Shown here: piece after piece, positions 19,980-31,332 of the stretch
Position numbering within the stretch: position 1 is the first letter of the stretch
Layout of the letters: every line of letters begins with the position of its first letter
From: Macrostomum lignano
Taxonomy: Eukaryota
DNA length: 64,000 nt
Assembly: GCA_002269645.1 (NCBI GenBank)
Contig: NIVC01001008.1
Coordinates: 124,001-188,000, forward strand
Reading direction: 5' to 3'
The notes under the pieces: generated by a model
The model's database searches: none
What the model saw: the letters and a program-made list of their open reading frames with translations, nothing else
What the model was told of the DNA's origin: nothing
Program-made: the position numbers and the translations under genes

Positions 19980-20909
19980 CAACGTGTGCCAACCTCGCCG
20001 CCGACCCCGGCGCCGGCGAGTCCGGCCATCAGCGACCGCAACTGCGAGGACGATTTTCTCCAGTCGGAGGTGCACCCGGGCGTCTATCAGATCCGGGAGC
20101 GCCAGTTTGTGTCCAGCAATCGGGCAAACATCTGGCTGATCCGCGGCCCCGACTCCGACCTGCTGGTGGACACCGGCCTGGGTCTGTGGGACCTGCCCGC
20201 CTACCTTCGCTCGGCTGGCTTGGCGCCTCAGACGCCCGACAGGCCGCTGACCGCTGTGGCTACTCACGCGCACTTTGACCACGCCGGCGGCCTGCACCAG
20301 TTCCCCCTGACCGCCATCCACGCCAACGAGGCCGCCGCTCTCACAGCCGGTGATCAGTACGTCTGCGTGACCTTCGTGCCGCGCAGCGAGCTGCCCCCCA
20401 CCATGCCGCCCTACCAGCTGCGGCCAGCCCAGCCCAAGCTGCAACTGCAGGACGGTCACACATTTGACCTCGGCGGCGGCCGCTGCGTCCGAGTGCTGCA
20501 CTGTCCGGGCCATTCCTCGGGCAGCGTGGCGCTGTGGTTCGAGCGCAGCGGACTCCTGTTCAGCGGGGACACGGTGTACTTGTCGGACAGATTCTTGGAC
20601 ATTCTACCTGGCAGCAGCGTGGCGCAGTACCGGCGCAGCTGCCGGCGTTTGCTGGAGTTGGCGCCCCGAGTCCGGCTGGTCTGTCCCGGACACTTCGATC
20701 CGTTCGGGCCTAACGAGCTGCGCCACCTGCTGTCGGCCTACCTGGCCAGATCCAGCCGGCCCGGCTACCTGTTGGGCAGCTGCATCAGCCGCCTCATCTA
20801 CTGCGCCTATCTGAAGGCCAGGAATTCTAATGACGGCTGCGCCGCCTGCTTGCGCTACGCCTGCTGCTGCGGCTGCGTGCGCTCCTGTCTGGAGGGATCT
20901 CGGGCTTGA
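19980..20909 (+). CDS. MBLAC2: Metallo-beta-lactamase domain protein 2-like (acyl-CoA thioesterase family), 5' end unresolved
   Basis: ERQFVSSNRANIWLIRG...VDTGLG; metal ligands THAHFDHAGG, PGHSSGS, FSGDT, CPGH; Cys-rich C-terminus. No in-frame ATG; AG acceptor at 19978-19979. Confidence 0.85.
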   Translation, partial: QRVPTSPPTPAPASPAISDRNCEDDFLQSEVHPGVYQIRERQFVSSNRANIWLIRGPDSDLLVDTGLGLWDLPAYLRSAGLAPQTPDRPLTAVATHAHFDHAGGLHQFPLTAIHANEAAALTAGDQYVCVTFVPRSELPPTMPPYQLRPAQPKLQLQDGHTFDLGGGRCVRVLHCPGHSSGSVALWFERSGLLFSGDTVYLSDRFLDILPGSSVAQYRRSCRRLLELAPRVRLVCPGHFDPFGPNELRHLLSAYLARSSRPGYLLGSCISRLIYCAYLKARNSNDGCAACLRYACCCGCVRSCLEGSRA

Positions 20910-20928
20910 CTCGATTGGTTCGGGCTGG

Positions 20929-21995
20929 TTTAGACTGAGAGAGCTGGTATAGAGGTGAGGGTTAGACTGAGAGAGCTGGTATAGAGGTGAGGGTTAAACT
21001 GAGAGAGCTGGTATAGAGGTGAGGGTTAGACTGAGAGAGCTGGTATAGAGGTGAGGGTTAGACTGAGAGAGCTGGTATAGAGGTGAGGGTTAGACTGAGA
21101 GAGCTGGTATAGAGGTGAGGGTTAGACTGAGAGAGCTGGTATAGAGGTGAGGATTAGACAGAGAGCTGGTATAGAGGTGAGGGTTAAACTGAGAGAGCTG
21201 GTATAGAGGTGAGGGTTAGACTGAGAGAGCTGGTATAGAGGCGAGGGTTAGACAGAGAGCTGGTACAGAGGTGAAGGTTAGACTGAGAGAGCTGGTATAG
21301 AGGTGAGGGTTAGACTGAGAGAGCTGGTATAGAGGTGAGGGTTAGACAGAGAGCTGGTATAGAGGTGAGGGTTAGACTGAGAGAGCTGATATAGAGGTGA
21401 GGGTTAGACTGAAAGAGCTGGTATAGAGGTGAGGGTTAGACTGAGAGAGCTGGTATAGAGGCGAGGGTTAGACAGAGAGCTGGTACAGAGGTGAAGGTTA
21501 GACTGAGAGAGCTGGTATAGAGGTGAGGGTTAGACTGAGAGAGCTGGTATAGAGGTGAGGGTTAGACAGAGAGCTGGTATAGAGGTGAGGGTTAGACTGA
21601 GAGAGCTGATATAGAGGTGAGGGTTAGACAGAGAGAGCTGGTATAGAGGTGAGGGTTAGACTGAGAGAGCTGGTATAGAGGTGAGGGTTAGACTGAGAGA
21701 GCTGGTATAGAGGTGAGGGTTAGACTGAGAGAGCTGGTATAGAGGTGAGGGTTAGACTGAGAGAGCTGATATAGAGGTGAGGGTTAGACAGAGAGCTGGT
21801 ATAGAGGTGAGGATTAGACAGAGAGCTGGTATAGAGGTGAGGATTAGACAGAGAGCTGGTATAGAGGTGAGGATTAGACAGAGAGCTGGTATAGAGGTGA
21901 GGATTAGACAGAGAGCTGGTATAGAGGTGAGGGTTAGACAGAGAGCTGGTATAGAGGTGAGGATTAGACAGAGAGCTGGTATAGAGGTGAGGGTT
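20929..21995. repeat. 30/32-bp minisatellite starting 20 bp after the MBLAC2 stop
   Basis: Unit GAGGGTTAGACTGAGAGAGCTGGTATAGAGGT, shifting to a 30-bp form distally. Confidence 0.95.
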
Positions 21996-22715
21996 AAACT
22001 GAATAGAGGTGACGACCAGGCTTGGAAAGCAGAACCAGACCCTTTAGACGGTCAGGTGTTATACTGGTACTAAACATTTTTTAAACGGCAAAATACTTAT
22101 TGTAACGTTCTGCTATTAGTCTCGAGAGTAATCTCATCTGCTGTTATATTATTTTTTATTGTTTGTGTTTTTGTCAAAGCGAATAAGAATTTTTCTCTTT
22201 TAGAAAATTTTTAAGACTATATTAAATTTTTTAATATTAAGCAAAAACTGTTAGCTTTTAAAACCTGATTGTTAAATTCTGTGCTCGCTACTTTTCAGTA
22301 ACGGCCATTTTACTTTCGAAAAGCGAGTTAATAGTGGCTGATAAGTGTCGTTTTGTCTCCCCGCAATCGACAAAAAATTCATACAGTATTAGTGCCTGCA
22401 CTTTGAAAATCAGTACTGGCATTGAATTTGCATTATTTGATAATTACGCTCGTATTTTGTGATTTTTTAATGTGTCACTGTTGTGTTTCTTTTAGACCAG
22501 AAATTAAAATATTTTTAAGAAATTGTTGTTTTAAGCAATCTTTTACTACGAGTATATTTGAGAGTCTAGTTTTTTAAGATAAGTGGCTTAGTTGTGGTGG
22601 TTTTAGTTAAGGTAAGAAGAAGGAAAGTAATTTATGGTAGCTCGTAGAGTTAGTTTAATGGGTTTGACTGCAAGAGAATGGGTGGTGAGTGGTGTGGTGT
22701 ACAAGTAGCTGAAAA

Positions 22716-23120
22716 CGGAGTGGCACTGGGGCAGAGATAAGAATGAAGGGCCAATCAAAATGAGGGTAAGGAAAGAGAGACGGAGTGGCACTGGGGCAGA
22801 GATAAGAATGAAGGGCCAATCTAAATGAAGGTAAGGAAAGAGAGACGGAGTGGCACTGGGGCAGAGATAAGAATGAAGGGCCAATCTAAATGAGGGTAAG
22901 GAAAGAGAGACAGAGTGGGACTGGGGCAGAGATAAGAATGAAGGGCCAATCTAAATGAGGGTAAGGAAAGAGAGACAGAGTGGGACTGGGGCAGAAATAA
23001 GAATGAAGGGCCAATCAAAATCAGGGTAAGGAAAGAGAAACTGAGTGGCACTGGGGCAGAAATAAGAATGAAGGGCCAATCAAAATCAGGGTAAGGAAAG
23101 AGAAACTGAGTGGCACTGGA
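22716..23120. repeat. 65-bp minisatellite (about 6 copies), each with CCAAT
   Basis: Unit GGAGTGGCACTGGGGCAGAGATAAGAATGAAGGGCCAATCAAAATGAGGGTAAGGAAAGAGAGAC. Confidence 0.93.
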
Positions 23121-23472
23121 GGCTCGCGTGGAGATAAAAAAGAGCCAATCAGATATTGCAACTGTACAGTGTTGTGTTGTGTTGAAAATACATTTCATTT
23201 TGGGCATGTTTTATGCTAAGAGTAGTATTTTATCAGATATGTTGAAGTTTCGAAAATTCCCGACATAAAAATATAAATATAGCAGGTCAGTTTCATATTT
23301 TTTATATTTATTTTTTCTTTATGTTGGCCATGTTGCTAGAATTTTAGTCATTTTATACGATCCTGTTCGATTTAATAACATACCCTTAGGGTTCATATAC
23401 ATTTTAAAACTTAAATTATCTTTTATTTTCACCTGCTGCAGTCCCTGATCCAATTTGATGACCTGCTGAAGA

Positions 23473-23746
23473 TGAGAGGAGAGAGGAGAGGAGAGAAAAA
23501 TGAAGAGAGGAGAGGAGAGGATAGAGGAGATGAGATGAGATAAGAGGAGAGAGGAGAGAAGCGGAGAGTGGAGAGAGAAATAGAGAGTGGAGAGGAGAGA
23601 GGAGAAGAGAGAGGAGAGAAAAGAGAGAAGAGTGGAGAGGGAACTCAGAAGAGGCAAACCCTGAGTGGGCTGGATGCTATTGTAAAGTTTCAGAGGACCC
23701 GAGGGCCGGATAGAGAGGCTTTGCGGGCCGGAGTTGGCCACCCCTG
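23473..23746 (-). mobile_element. hAT(Charlie)-like element end followed by a (CTCTC)n tract
   Basis: Minus strand starts CAGGGGTGGCCAACTCCGGCCCGCAAAG; about 70 bp match 31649-31721 in inverted orientation. The other end and a TSD were not found. Confidence 0.55.
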
Positions 23747-23852
23747 CCGTAGTTTATTTTTTGCGCTAAACTGGCCACCCAATATTGTCGAAGAATTGAA
23801 GTTTCACTTCCTCACGTGCAGTCAAACCCACCTAAATCCCCCATCCGCTGCC

Positions 23853-24933
23853 ATGAACCACGCTCGCACCACCACCACGGACGGCATCATGTCGGACTCC
23901 GAGGCCGAGGAAGTGCTCAGGCCGGAGCAGACGTCGAAGGCGGATGCCGATGCGGAGGCGGACCCACAGGCCAGTCTGGAGTCGCTGAAGCGGAACACCC
24001 TCAACCGGAACCTGGACTCCATCAGCAAAGTCCAGCAGTACCTGGTTGACGGCGAAACGGAGACAGCGAAGTTCCGCAACCAGGTGCTGAAGCTCACGCA
24101 GAACTATTACATCAAATCTTCGCGCCTAAGCGAGGCGGAAATTGTTGAACTGCGCGAGCAGAAGGCGGTCGCCGTGGTCGAAGCCGACGGCCTGATGGAG
24201 AGGCTCTGCCAGCTGGCCTACGAGGCCTTCGAGGCAGAGCGGAAGACCCACTTCACTCACCCGGACGGCGCCATCAAGAAGGAGCCGCTCAACCTGATGT
24301 CCTACGTGATGACTCTGTGCCAGAACTACTCGGACCAGAGTGAGCAGTTCGCCCTGGCCCTGTCGAAGAATCAGTGGGTGCTCAAACTGTGCTCAGAGAT
24401 GCAGAGAGACTGGGCGGATGATCACCTGGCCGATAAGCTGCCCGACCTAGTCAATAAACGACTGAGGCAGAGTCTCAGCGTGGTGTACAACATGCTGTTC
24501 AAGGGCAACAGCGAGATCTTCTTCAACCTGGTCGACTATCACTTTGTTGACACCGCCCAGCCGTATTTGAAATCCGGCAGTGATCGATTCCGCTTCTCCG
24601 CCTACCTGGTGCTGGTCTTCAGCTGCAACGAGGAGGAAGCCAGCCGGCTGCTCATTAACGAGAAATCGCTGGTGACCTTCTTAGTCGAAAACCTCAGCTC
24701 CGCGCATCGGCACTCTTCCAGGCGGTCTAACGGCTATCACGTGATCGAGCTGGCCAAGTGTGAGTGCTGGTTTGGTCCGAGTTCAGCTGCCTGATCTCAC
24801 TACATCTCACTTTATCTCAATCAATCTCACTCCTTCATCTCACTTCATCTTACTTCATCTTAGCCCGTCTCATTCGATCTCCTTTCATCTTACTTTCACT
24901 CGCTCACAAGCTCTCTCTCTCTCTCTCTCTCTC

Positions 24934-24973
<40 letters not shown>

Positions 24974-25213
24974 TCTCTCTCTCTCTCTCTTTCTCTCTCT
25001 CCTCTCTCTCTCTCTCTCTTTCTCTCTCTCTAAATCTCTCTCTCTCTAGGTCTCTCTCTTTTTTTCTCTCTCTCTCTTTCTCCCGCTCTCTTTCTAGGTC
25101 TCAACTCATTCTCTCTCACTCTCTCTCACTAGGTCTCAACTCATTCTCTTTCACTCTCTCTCACTAGGTCTCAACTCATTCTCTCTCACTCTCTCTCACT
25201 AGATCTCAACTCA

Positions 25214-25273
<60 letters not shown>

Positions 25274-28200
25274 CTCTCTCTCTCTTTCAATCTCATTTTT
25301 TATTAATCGCAATTTTGCATCAAGCTACTATTAGTAGTAAAAAAGATCAAATAAATAACATCATAGCAAACTACAAAAAACCTCTAAGCCAGGCGCTTAC
25401 CAGTTCACAAAGAACGAGGACAACAAGGACATCCTGCTCGAGTGTAAAATTCTGCCTGTGCTGTCCGACATGCTGCAGTCGCCGCCCGAGCGCAGCGACG
25501 AGGTCTCCATGGCGCTGAAGATCATCTTGTCGATGTCTTTCAACTCGGCCTGCTCGTCGAATATCAAAGAAATCTGCGGCCCGGAGCTGCGGAGTCTGCG
25601 CTCCAATCCGCAGTGGAAATCCAACAGGGACTTGGAGGCGATTCAATACAATACGGAGGAGGTGTACACCACGGATGGGCCCTTCATTCCCGACGATGAC
25701 AGTGAGGGTTTTGATTGCCATGGCAAATTTTATTTCCGATTCCTTTCAGCAAATGAGAAGCTTAGCTTTAACAGCATTCAGATAACTATATTCAATTAGC
25801 AGGTGTATTAGAAATACCTTTGACAGGTGGCTACATACCTTAAGCAGGTGTCTAAATACCTTAAGCAGGTGTCTAAATACCTTAAGCAGGTGTCTAAATA
25901 CCTTTAGTGGGTGTCTAAATACCTTTAGCAGGTGTCTAAATATCTTTAGCAGGTGTCTAAATATCTTTAGCAGGTGTCTAAATACTTTTAAAAGGTGTCT
26001 AAATATCTTTAGCAGGTGTCTAAATACCTTTAGCAGGTGTCTAAATATCTTTAGCAGGTGTCTAAATATCTTTAGCAGGTGTCTAAATACTTTTAAAAGG
26101 TGTCTAAATATCTTTAGCAGGTGTCTAAATACCTTTAGCAGGTGTCTAAATATCTTTAGCAGGTGTCTAAATACTTTTAAAAGGTGTCTAAATATCTTTA
26201 GCAGGTGTCTAAATACTTTTAGAAGGTGTCTAAATACCTTTAGCAGGTGTCTAAATATCTTTAGCAGGTGTCTAAATACCTTTAGCAGGTGTCTAAATAT
26301 CTTTAGCAGGTGTCTAAATATCTTTAGCAGGTGTCTAAATACCTTTATCAGGTGGCTAAATACCTTTATCAGGTGGCTAAATACCTTTATCAGGTGGCTA
26401 AATACCTTTAGCAGGTGATTCGATATCAACTCTTTAATTCTCGAGCTGGTAGCAACTCTCTTGACAGAAGATTTATACTACTTACTTTTATACTACTTAC
26501 TTTCTATACTAATGCATCAATAGTAGATAGTTTTCAGTGCTTAATAAGAGAATTCACCAATCTAGCCTAATTAACTTGCGCTTGTGCACAGACGAGCGAG
26601 GCGATCTCCGCGATGTGCCGTTGCCAAGGCAACGGTCAGTCAAGCAGAATCTCCAGCTGGGGCAGTCAGCTGATCTGCCACCGGCGCCGCCGCCGCCCTC
26701 AGCGCCGCCCCCGACCGGATCGTCAGCGGCAAAACCGCCACCACCACAACCCCCTGGTGCAAGCGCAGCCGCAGTTGCCCAGCCGCAGGCGCCGGGTTCA
26801 GCCGGCGAAACCGCAGGTCACGTGATGATCAGCTATCATCAGCACAGCAGCGGCGAGTTTGTTCGCTGGATCTGTCCTCAGTTGAAGGAGCAAAATTTCA
26901 AGGCGAGTTTTATTGCTTGTTCTCTTTGGAAATCCGGGTTGCTAATGACTACAGAAGACTTCTGTGTAGAGCCTGTCTTGGGCTTGTTTTTGAGCACAGT
27001 CTATATGTTGTTGTTGTTAAACGAGGTGGGTAGCCTAGGGGCTCCCGCGGATCAGCCCAGGGAAGGGCTCTGCCGCTGAGGGGGGGCACATCTACCAGGG
27101 GCATATAGCCCGAGCAGCTCGGGTTGGACCCTGACGTCGAGGCTAGGGAAAGCTACTAACCCAAACCTATGGACTAAGACACCGCTGACCAACAGTGGAA
27201 TCAAGGATGGTGCTAAGACCGAGTCCACCCAAGCCACCACCCAGCAGACAAATCCCGGGAGTGCTTGAAAAAGATTGGAAAATTTTAGAAATACTACTGA
27301 AAGCGGTCCGAGAGCGGGGAGACCCCGAAGTCTACGGAAATGGCTTCATTTTGGAGCGAATCTGGGCAGCTTAATTATCAAGGGCGAGGCTCCTGCCAGA
27401 TGGGCACCAAGCAAACCTCTTATTCTGCAGGGCTGCGAGCCTCAAGGCTTTCACTAACCAGCTCTATTTTGGGGGCCAGGCCAAGGGGTCGGGAAGTGGC
27501 ACAAGGAGCAAGAGGAACCCGGACTCAGCCGATATATATAGAGCACAGTCTATATACTGACACGAAAACTTCAGGTGTCAATATAGATACTATAATAGCT
27601 AACTTGCTAGGCCACTCAGCTAATTTGCGTGTAAGAAGCTACTTGATCAGTTCAGTAGAAAGTCATAAATTGAAGCGTTTTAATGTATTTTTAGAACAAG
27701 CCTAGCCTTCTTATCTTACCCCCCAGTAATCCAGTCTATTTTCTTATATTATTTAACAGGTATGGGTCGACTTCGAGCAGATGCAGGACTCCACGCTAGA
27801 TTGCATGGCCAAGGCTGTCGAAGGCTCGGCAGCTGTGCTCATGTGCGTCTGCAAGGGCTACAAGGAGAGCAACTTCTGCCGCATGGGTGCGCAGTTTTGG
27901 GCGGATGATGTCTGATTCTGGGGGCGGATGATGCCTGATTCTGGGGGGCGGATGATGCCTGATTCTGGGAGGGGGGATGATGTCTGATTCTGGGGGGCGG
28001 ATGATGCCTGATTCTGGGGCGGATGATGTCTGATTCTGGGGGGCGGATGATGCCTGATTCTGGAGGGCGGATGATGCCTGATTCTGGGGGGGGGGATGAT
28101 GCTTGATTCTGGGGGGCGGATGATGCCTGATTCGGGGTTGGGGGCGGATGATGCTTGATTCTGGGGGTGGGGGCGGATGATGCCTGATTCTGGGGTGGGG

Positions 28201-29350
28201 GCGGATGATGCTTGATTCTGGGGGGTGGGGGCGGATGATGCCTGATTCTGGGGTGGGGGCGGATGATGCCTGATTCGGGGTTGGGGGCGGATGATGCTTG
28301 ATTCTGGGGGGTGGGGGCGGATGATGCTTGATTCTGGGGGGGGGAGGGCAGTGATGCCTGATTCTGGGGGGGGGGCGGATGATGCCTGATTCTTGGGGGG
28401 CGGATGATGCTTGATTCTGGGGGGGGGAGGGCAGTGATGCCTGATTCTGGGGGGGGCAGTGATGCCTGATTCTGGGGGGGGCGGATGATGCCAATTCTGG
28501 GGGGCGGATGATGCTTGATTCTGGGGGGGGGGGCGATGATGCTTGATTCTGGGGGGGGGGCGGATGATGCCAAATTCTGGGGGGCGGATGATGCCTGATT
28601 CTGAGGGGGCGGATGATGCCTGATTCCGGGGGGGCGGATGATGCCTGATTCTGGGGGGGGGACGGAATGATGCCTGATTCTGGGGGGGGATGATGCCTGA
28701 TTCTGGGGGGCCGATGATGCCTTAGTCTGGGGGGGGGGCGGATGATGTCTGATTTTTTATGATTATTGAAAAAAATTTAAAGAAGAAAAACAATTTTATA
28801 AGGTTTTAATATTTTTTGTGGCATCTTATCATAATCACCCCCCCCATTTAAAACGGTTAATCTCGCAGAGGCCGAGTACGCGGTGAGGCGGCGGAAGCAG
28901 CTGGTGCCGCTGCTGCTGGAGCACAAGTACAAGCCTGACGGCTGGCTAGGCTTCATCATGGGCACTCAGCTCTATTACAACTTCAGTCGCAACAAGGAAG
29001 AGAGCTTTGCTAAACTAGTGGGCTACCTGAAGCAGAGTGTGCTCAAGTCTCCGGATGAGTCCATTGCGCCTGTGACTCAGCCGGTGCAGACGGCGACTCC
29101 GCCGAAGCCGCGGCCGCCGCCGGAACCCGCCTACACGAAGTGGACCAGCGAGGAGGTGTTGAACTGGCTGCTGGAGAACAAGCTGCCCAGCCACCTCGAG
29201 CCCTTCAAGCTGGAGGGCCGGCATCTGCTCTTCCTGCTCAAGATGAAGAGTCAAGCGCCTGAGGCGTTTTACAGGCTGCTGGAAAAGAGCCTGCGGCTGA
29301 CGCTCTTCCACCAGCTGTACGACTTTGTAGAAGCGTTGGAGCGGCTTTGA
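23853..29350 (+). CDS. ARM-TIR-SAM domain protein (711 aa predicted)
   Basis: Exons 23853-24759, 25393-25701, 26592-26902, 27760-27886, 28869-29350 total 2136 nt in frame. TIR_2-type motifs HVMISY, WVDFEQM, MAKAVEGS, YKESNFCRMEAEYA, YKPDGWLG; SAM-like KWTSEEVLNWL...LEGRHLLFL; helical ARM-like N-terminal half. Confidence 0.82.
24910..25285. repeat. (CT)n microsatellite, intronic
   Basis: Direct reading. Confidence 0.95.
25797..26417. repeat. 21-bp minisatellite, intronic
   Basis: Unit TTTAGCAGGTGTCTAAATACC; explains the false ORF 25746-26429. Confidence 0.95.
27895..28750. repeat. G-run-rich, roughly 22-26-bp minisatellite, intronic
   Basis: Unit GGGGCGGATGATGCCTGATTCT with variable G runs of 4-11. 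Confidence 0.93.
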
Positions 29351-29691
29351 TTGATAAATTGATTTAAGTATTGATTCCTCGATTGATTGATCGATTGATT
29401 GATTGATTGATTGACTGATTTATTGATCAATTAATTGATTGATTGGTTGATTGACTGATTAACTGATTGATTGATTAATTAATTGATTGATTGATTAATT
29501 TATTGATTTATTTATTGATTTATTTATTGATTGATTGATTGATTAATTGATTTATTTATTTATTGATTTGAACTGATCGATTAACTGATTGATTTGTTGA
29601 TTGATTGGTTCATTTATTAATCGATTGATTGATTGATTGTTTGATTGATTGATTGATTGATTGATTAACTGGTTTATTGATTGATTGATTG

Positions 29692-29746
<55 letters not shown>

Positions 29747-29790
29747 AACTGGTTTATTGACTGATTGATTGACTGACTGGTTGGCTGATT
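29350..29790. repeat. (TTGA)n microsatellite right after the TIR gene stop
   Basis: Direct reading. Confidence 0.93.
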
Positions 29791-30519
29791 ATCTGGTTAA
29801 TTAGCAGTCAGACGGATCTGATGACCTATTTGATGCTATTTTGAACTTGCTGTTTTATTTTGTTAATACTTAAGTCATACTCAAGTATTCTATTGCATTC
29901 CACACTTTGTTGCTTTACTATAAACAAAATTTCTCAGCGGATACAGCAAACAACTTTTCATGAAATCAACTTGTCGCTAACAGGGATTTCTTGGAAAAAT
30001 TAAAAATTGCTATAAATTTCAAAGAGAAAATCCAATGTACCAAAAATGAGTTGTTTGTGAGTATACCTATTTTTTCTGCATGAGTACTGTATTGTGTTTT
30101 AATATGACTTGATATTTATACGTATTGTATGTTTTATCTTGTTAAATCTGCCCTCAATCTGTCTTTAAAAATTGCTGTAATTGAGATATTTATTTTTTTT
30201 AAATCCGTCCACAGCCTTCGGAAAGTGTTTTTATATACGTTTTTATTATCTTTGATATCTTAGTAAGTTGTATTACCTTTTTGTTATATTAAATTGAACT
30301 GCTGGTTAAAACAAATATTTTTGCTATCATTAAGCCGGCAACAGGCGCCTGAATTTTGAACAAGAAATTATCTAGATTACTTATTTACCAAATCTTTCAG
30401 AACTTTTGTCCAGATTGTTCAACTGAAACATTATACGGTCGTACCTACTCAAACGATTGCTCGTATTTATTAACGACATTGAGTGCTATCCCTATGATAA
30501 AATTTATCCAACTGTAGTC

Positions 30520-31050
30520 ATAAACCCTATCTGAAACCCTACCCCAAACCCTACTCCAAACCCTACTCCAAACCCTACCTGAAACCCTACCCTAACCCTA
30601 TTTCAAACCCTACTCCAAACCCTACTCCAAACCCTACCTCAAAACCCTACCTGAAACCCTACTCCAAAGCCTACTCCAAACCCTACTCCAAACCCTACTC
30701 CAAACCCTACTCCAAACCCTATCCCAAACCCTACCTGAAACCCTACTCCAAAGCCTACTCCAAACCCTACTCCAAACCCTACTCCAAACCCTACTCCAAA
30801 CCCTATCCCAAACTCTACCCCAAACCCTACTCCAAGCCTTATCCCAAATCCTATCCAGAATCCTATTCCGAACCCTACCCCAAAGCCAACCACAAAGCCT
30901 ACCTCATATTCTACCCTTAACTAAACCCTAAACTCTAATCCAACTTCTACTAAAACTACTCCAAACTCTAGCAACCTTAGCAAGCTGAACCCAACTCTAC
31001 CCCAAACCCTACCCCAGGCCCAACCCTAGCTCTACCTAAACCCTATTCCA
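30520..31050. repeat. 12-bp telomere-like repeat AAACCCTACTCC, degenerating distally
   Basis: Direct reading; adjoins the palindromic element at 31059. Confidence 0.9.
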
Positions 31051-31058
31051 GACTTTAT

Positions 31059-31332
31059 CCATGGACAACTGAAGTAGAAGGAAGCGAAACTCGATATTTT
31101 TTAGAAATGAGCTGGAGGCTCGTAAGGAAAGTGTATTTACCGTATCGCCAGTATATTTATACGCTCTCGAGAAACTGGAGTTATCTCGACCGATTTTGTC
31201 TATGGGAAAAACTCATTCGGCGCCATGCGTTCTCTAGATGTAGAGCGCATCAAATGCACTGGAGATAAAACGATAAATACGGCGTATGTTTTTTACGGGC
31301 CTGCAGCTCATTTCTAAGAAGACCGAGTGTAG
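31059..31332 (+). mobile_element. Palindromic non-autonomous element, copy 1 (Crypton-associated family)
   Basis: Arms ACTCGATATTTTTTAGAAATGAGCTGGAGGCTCGTAA and TTACGGGCCTGCAGCTCATTTCTAAGAAGACCGAGT; central GTCTATGG at 31198; homologous to 53371-53626 (inverted) and to the ends of 61590-63064. Confidence 0.65.

Noticed and set aside
18047-19992. ORFs of 200-717 aa on both strands
   Set aside because: Stop-free pyrimidine/purine minisatellite with no domain content.
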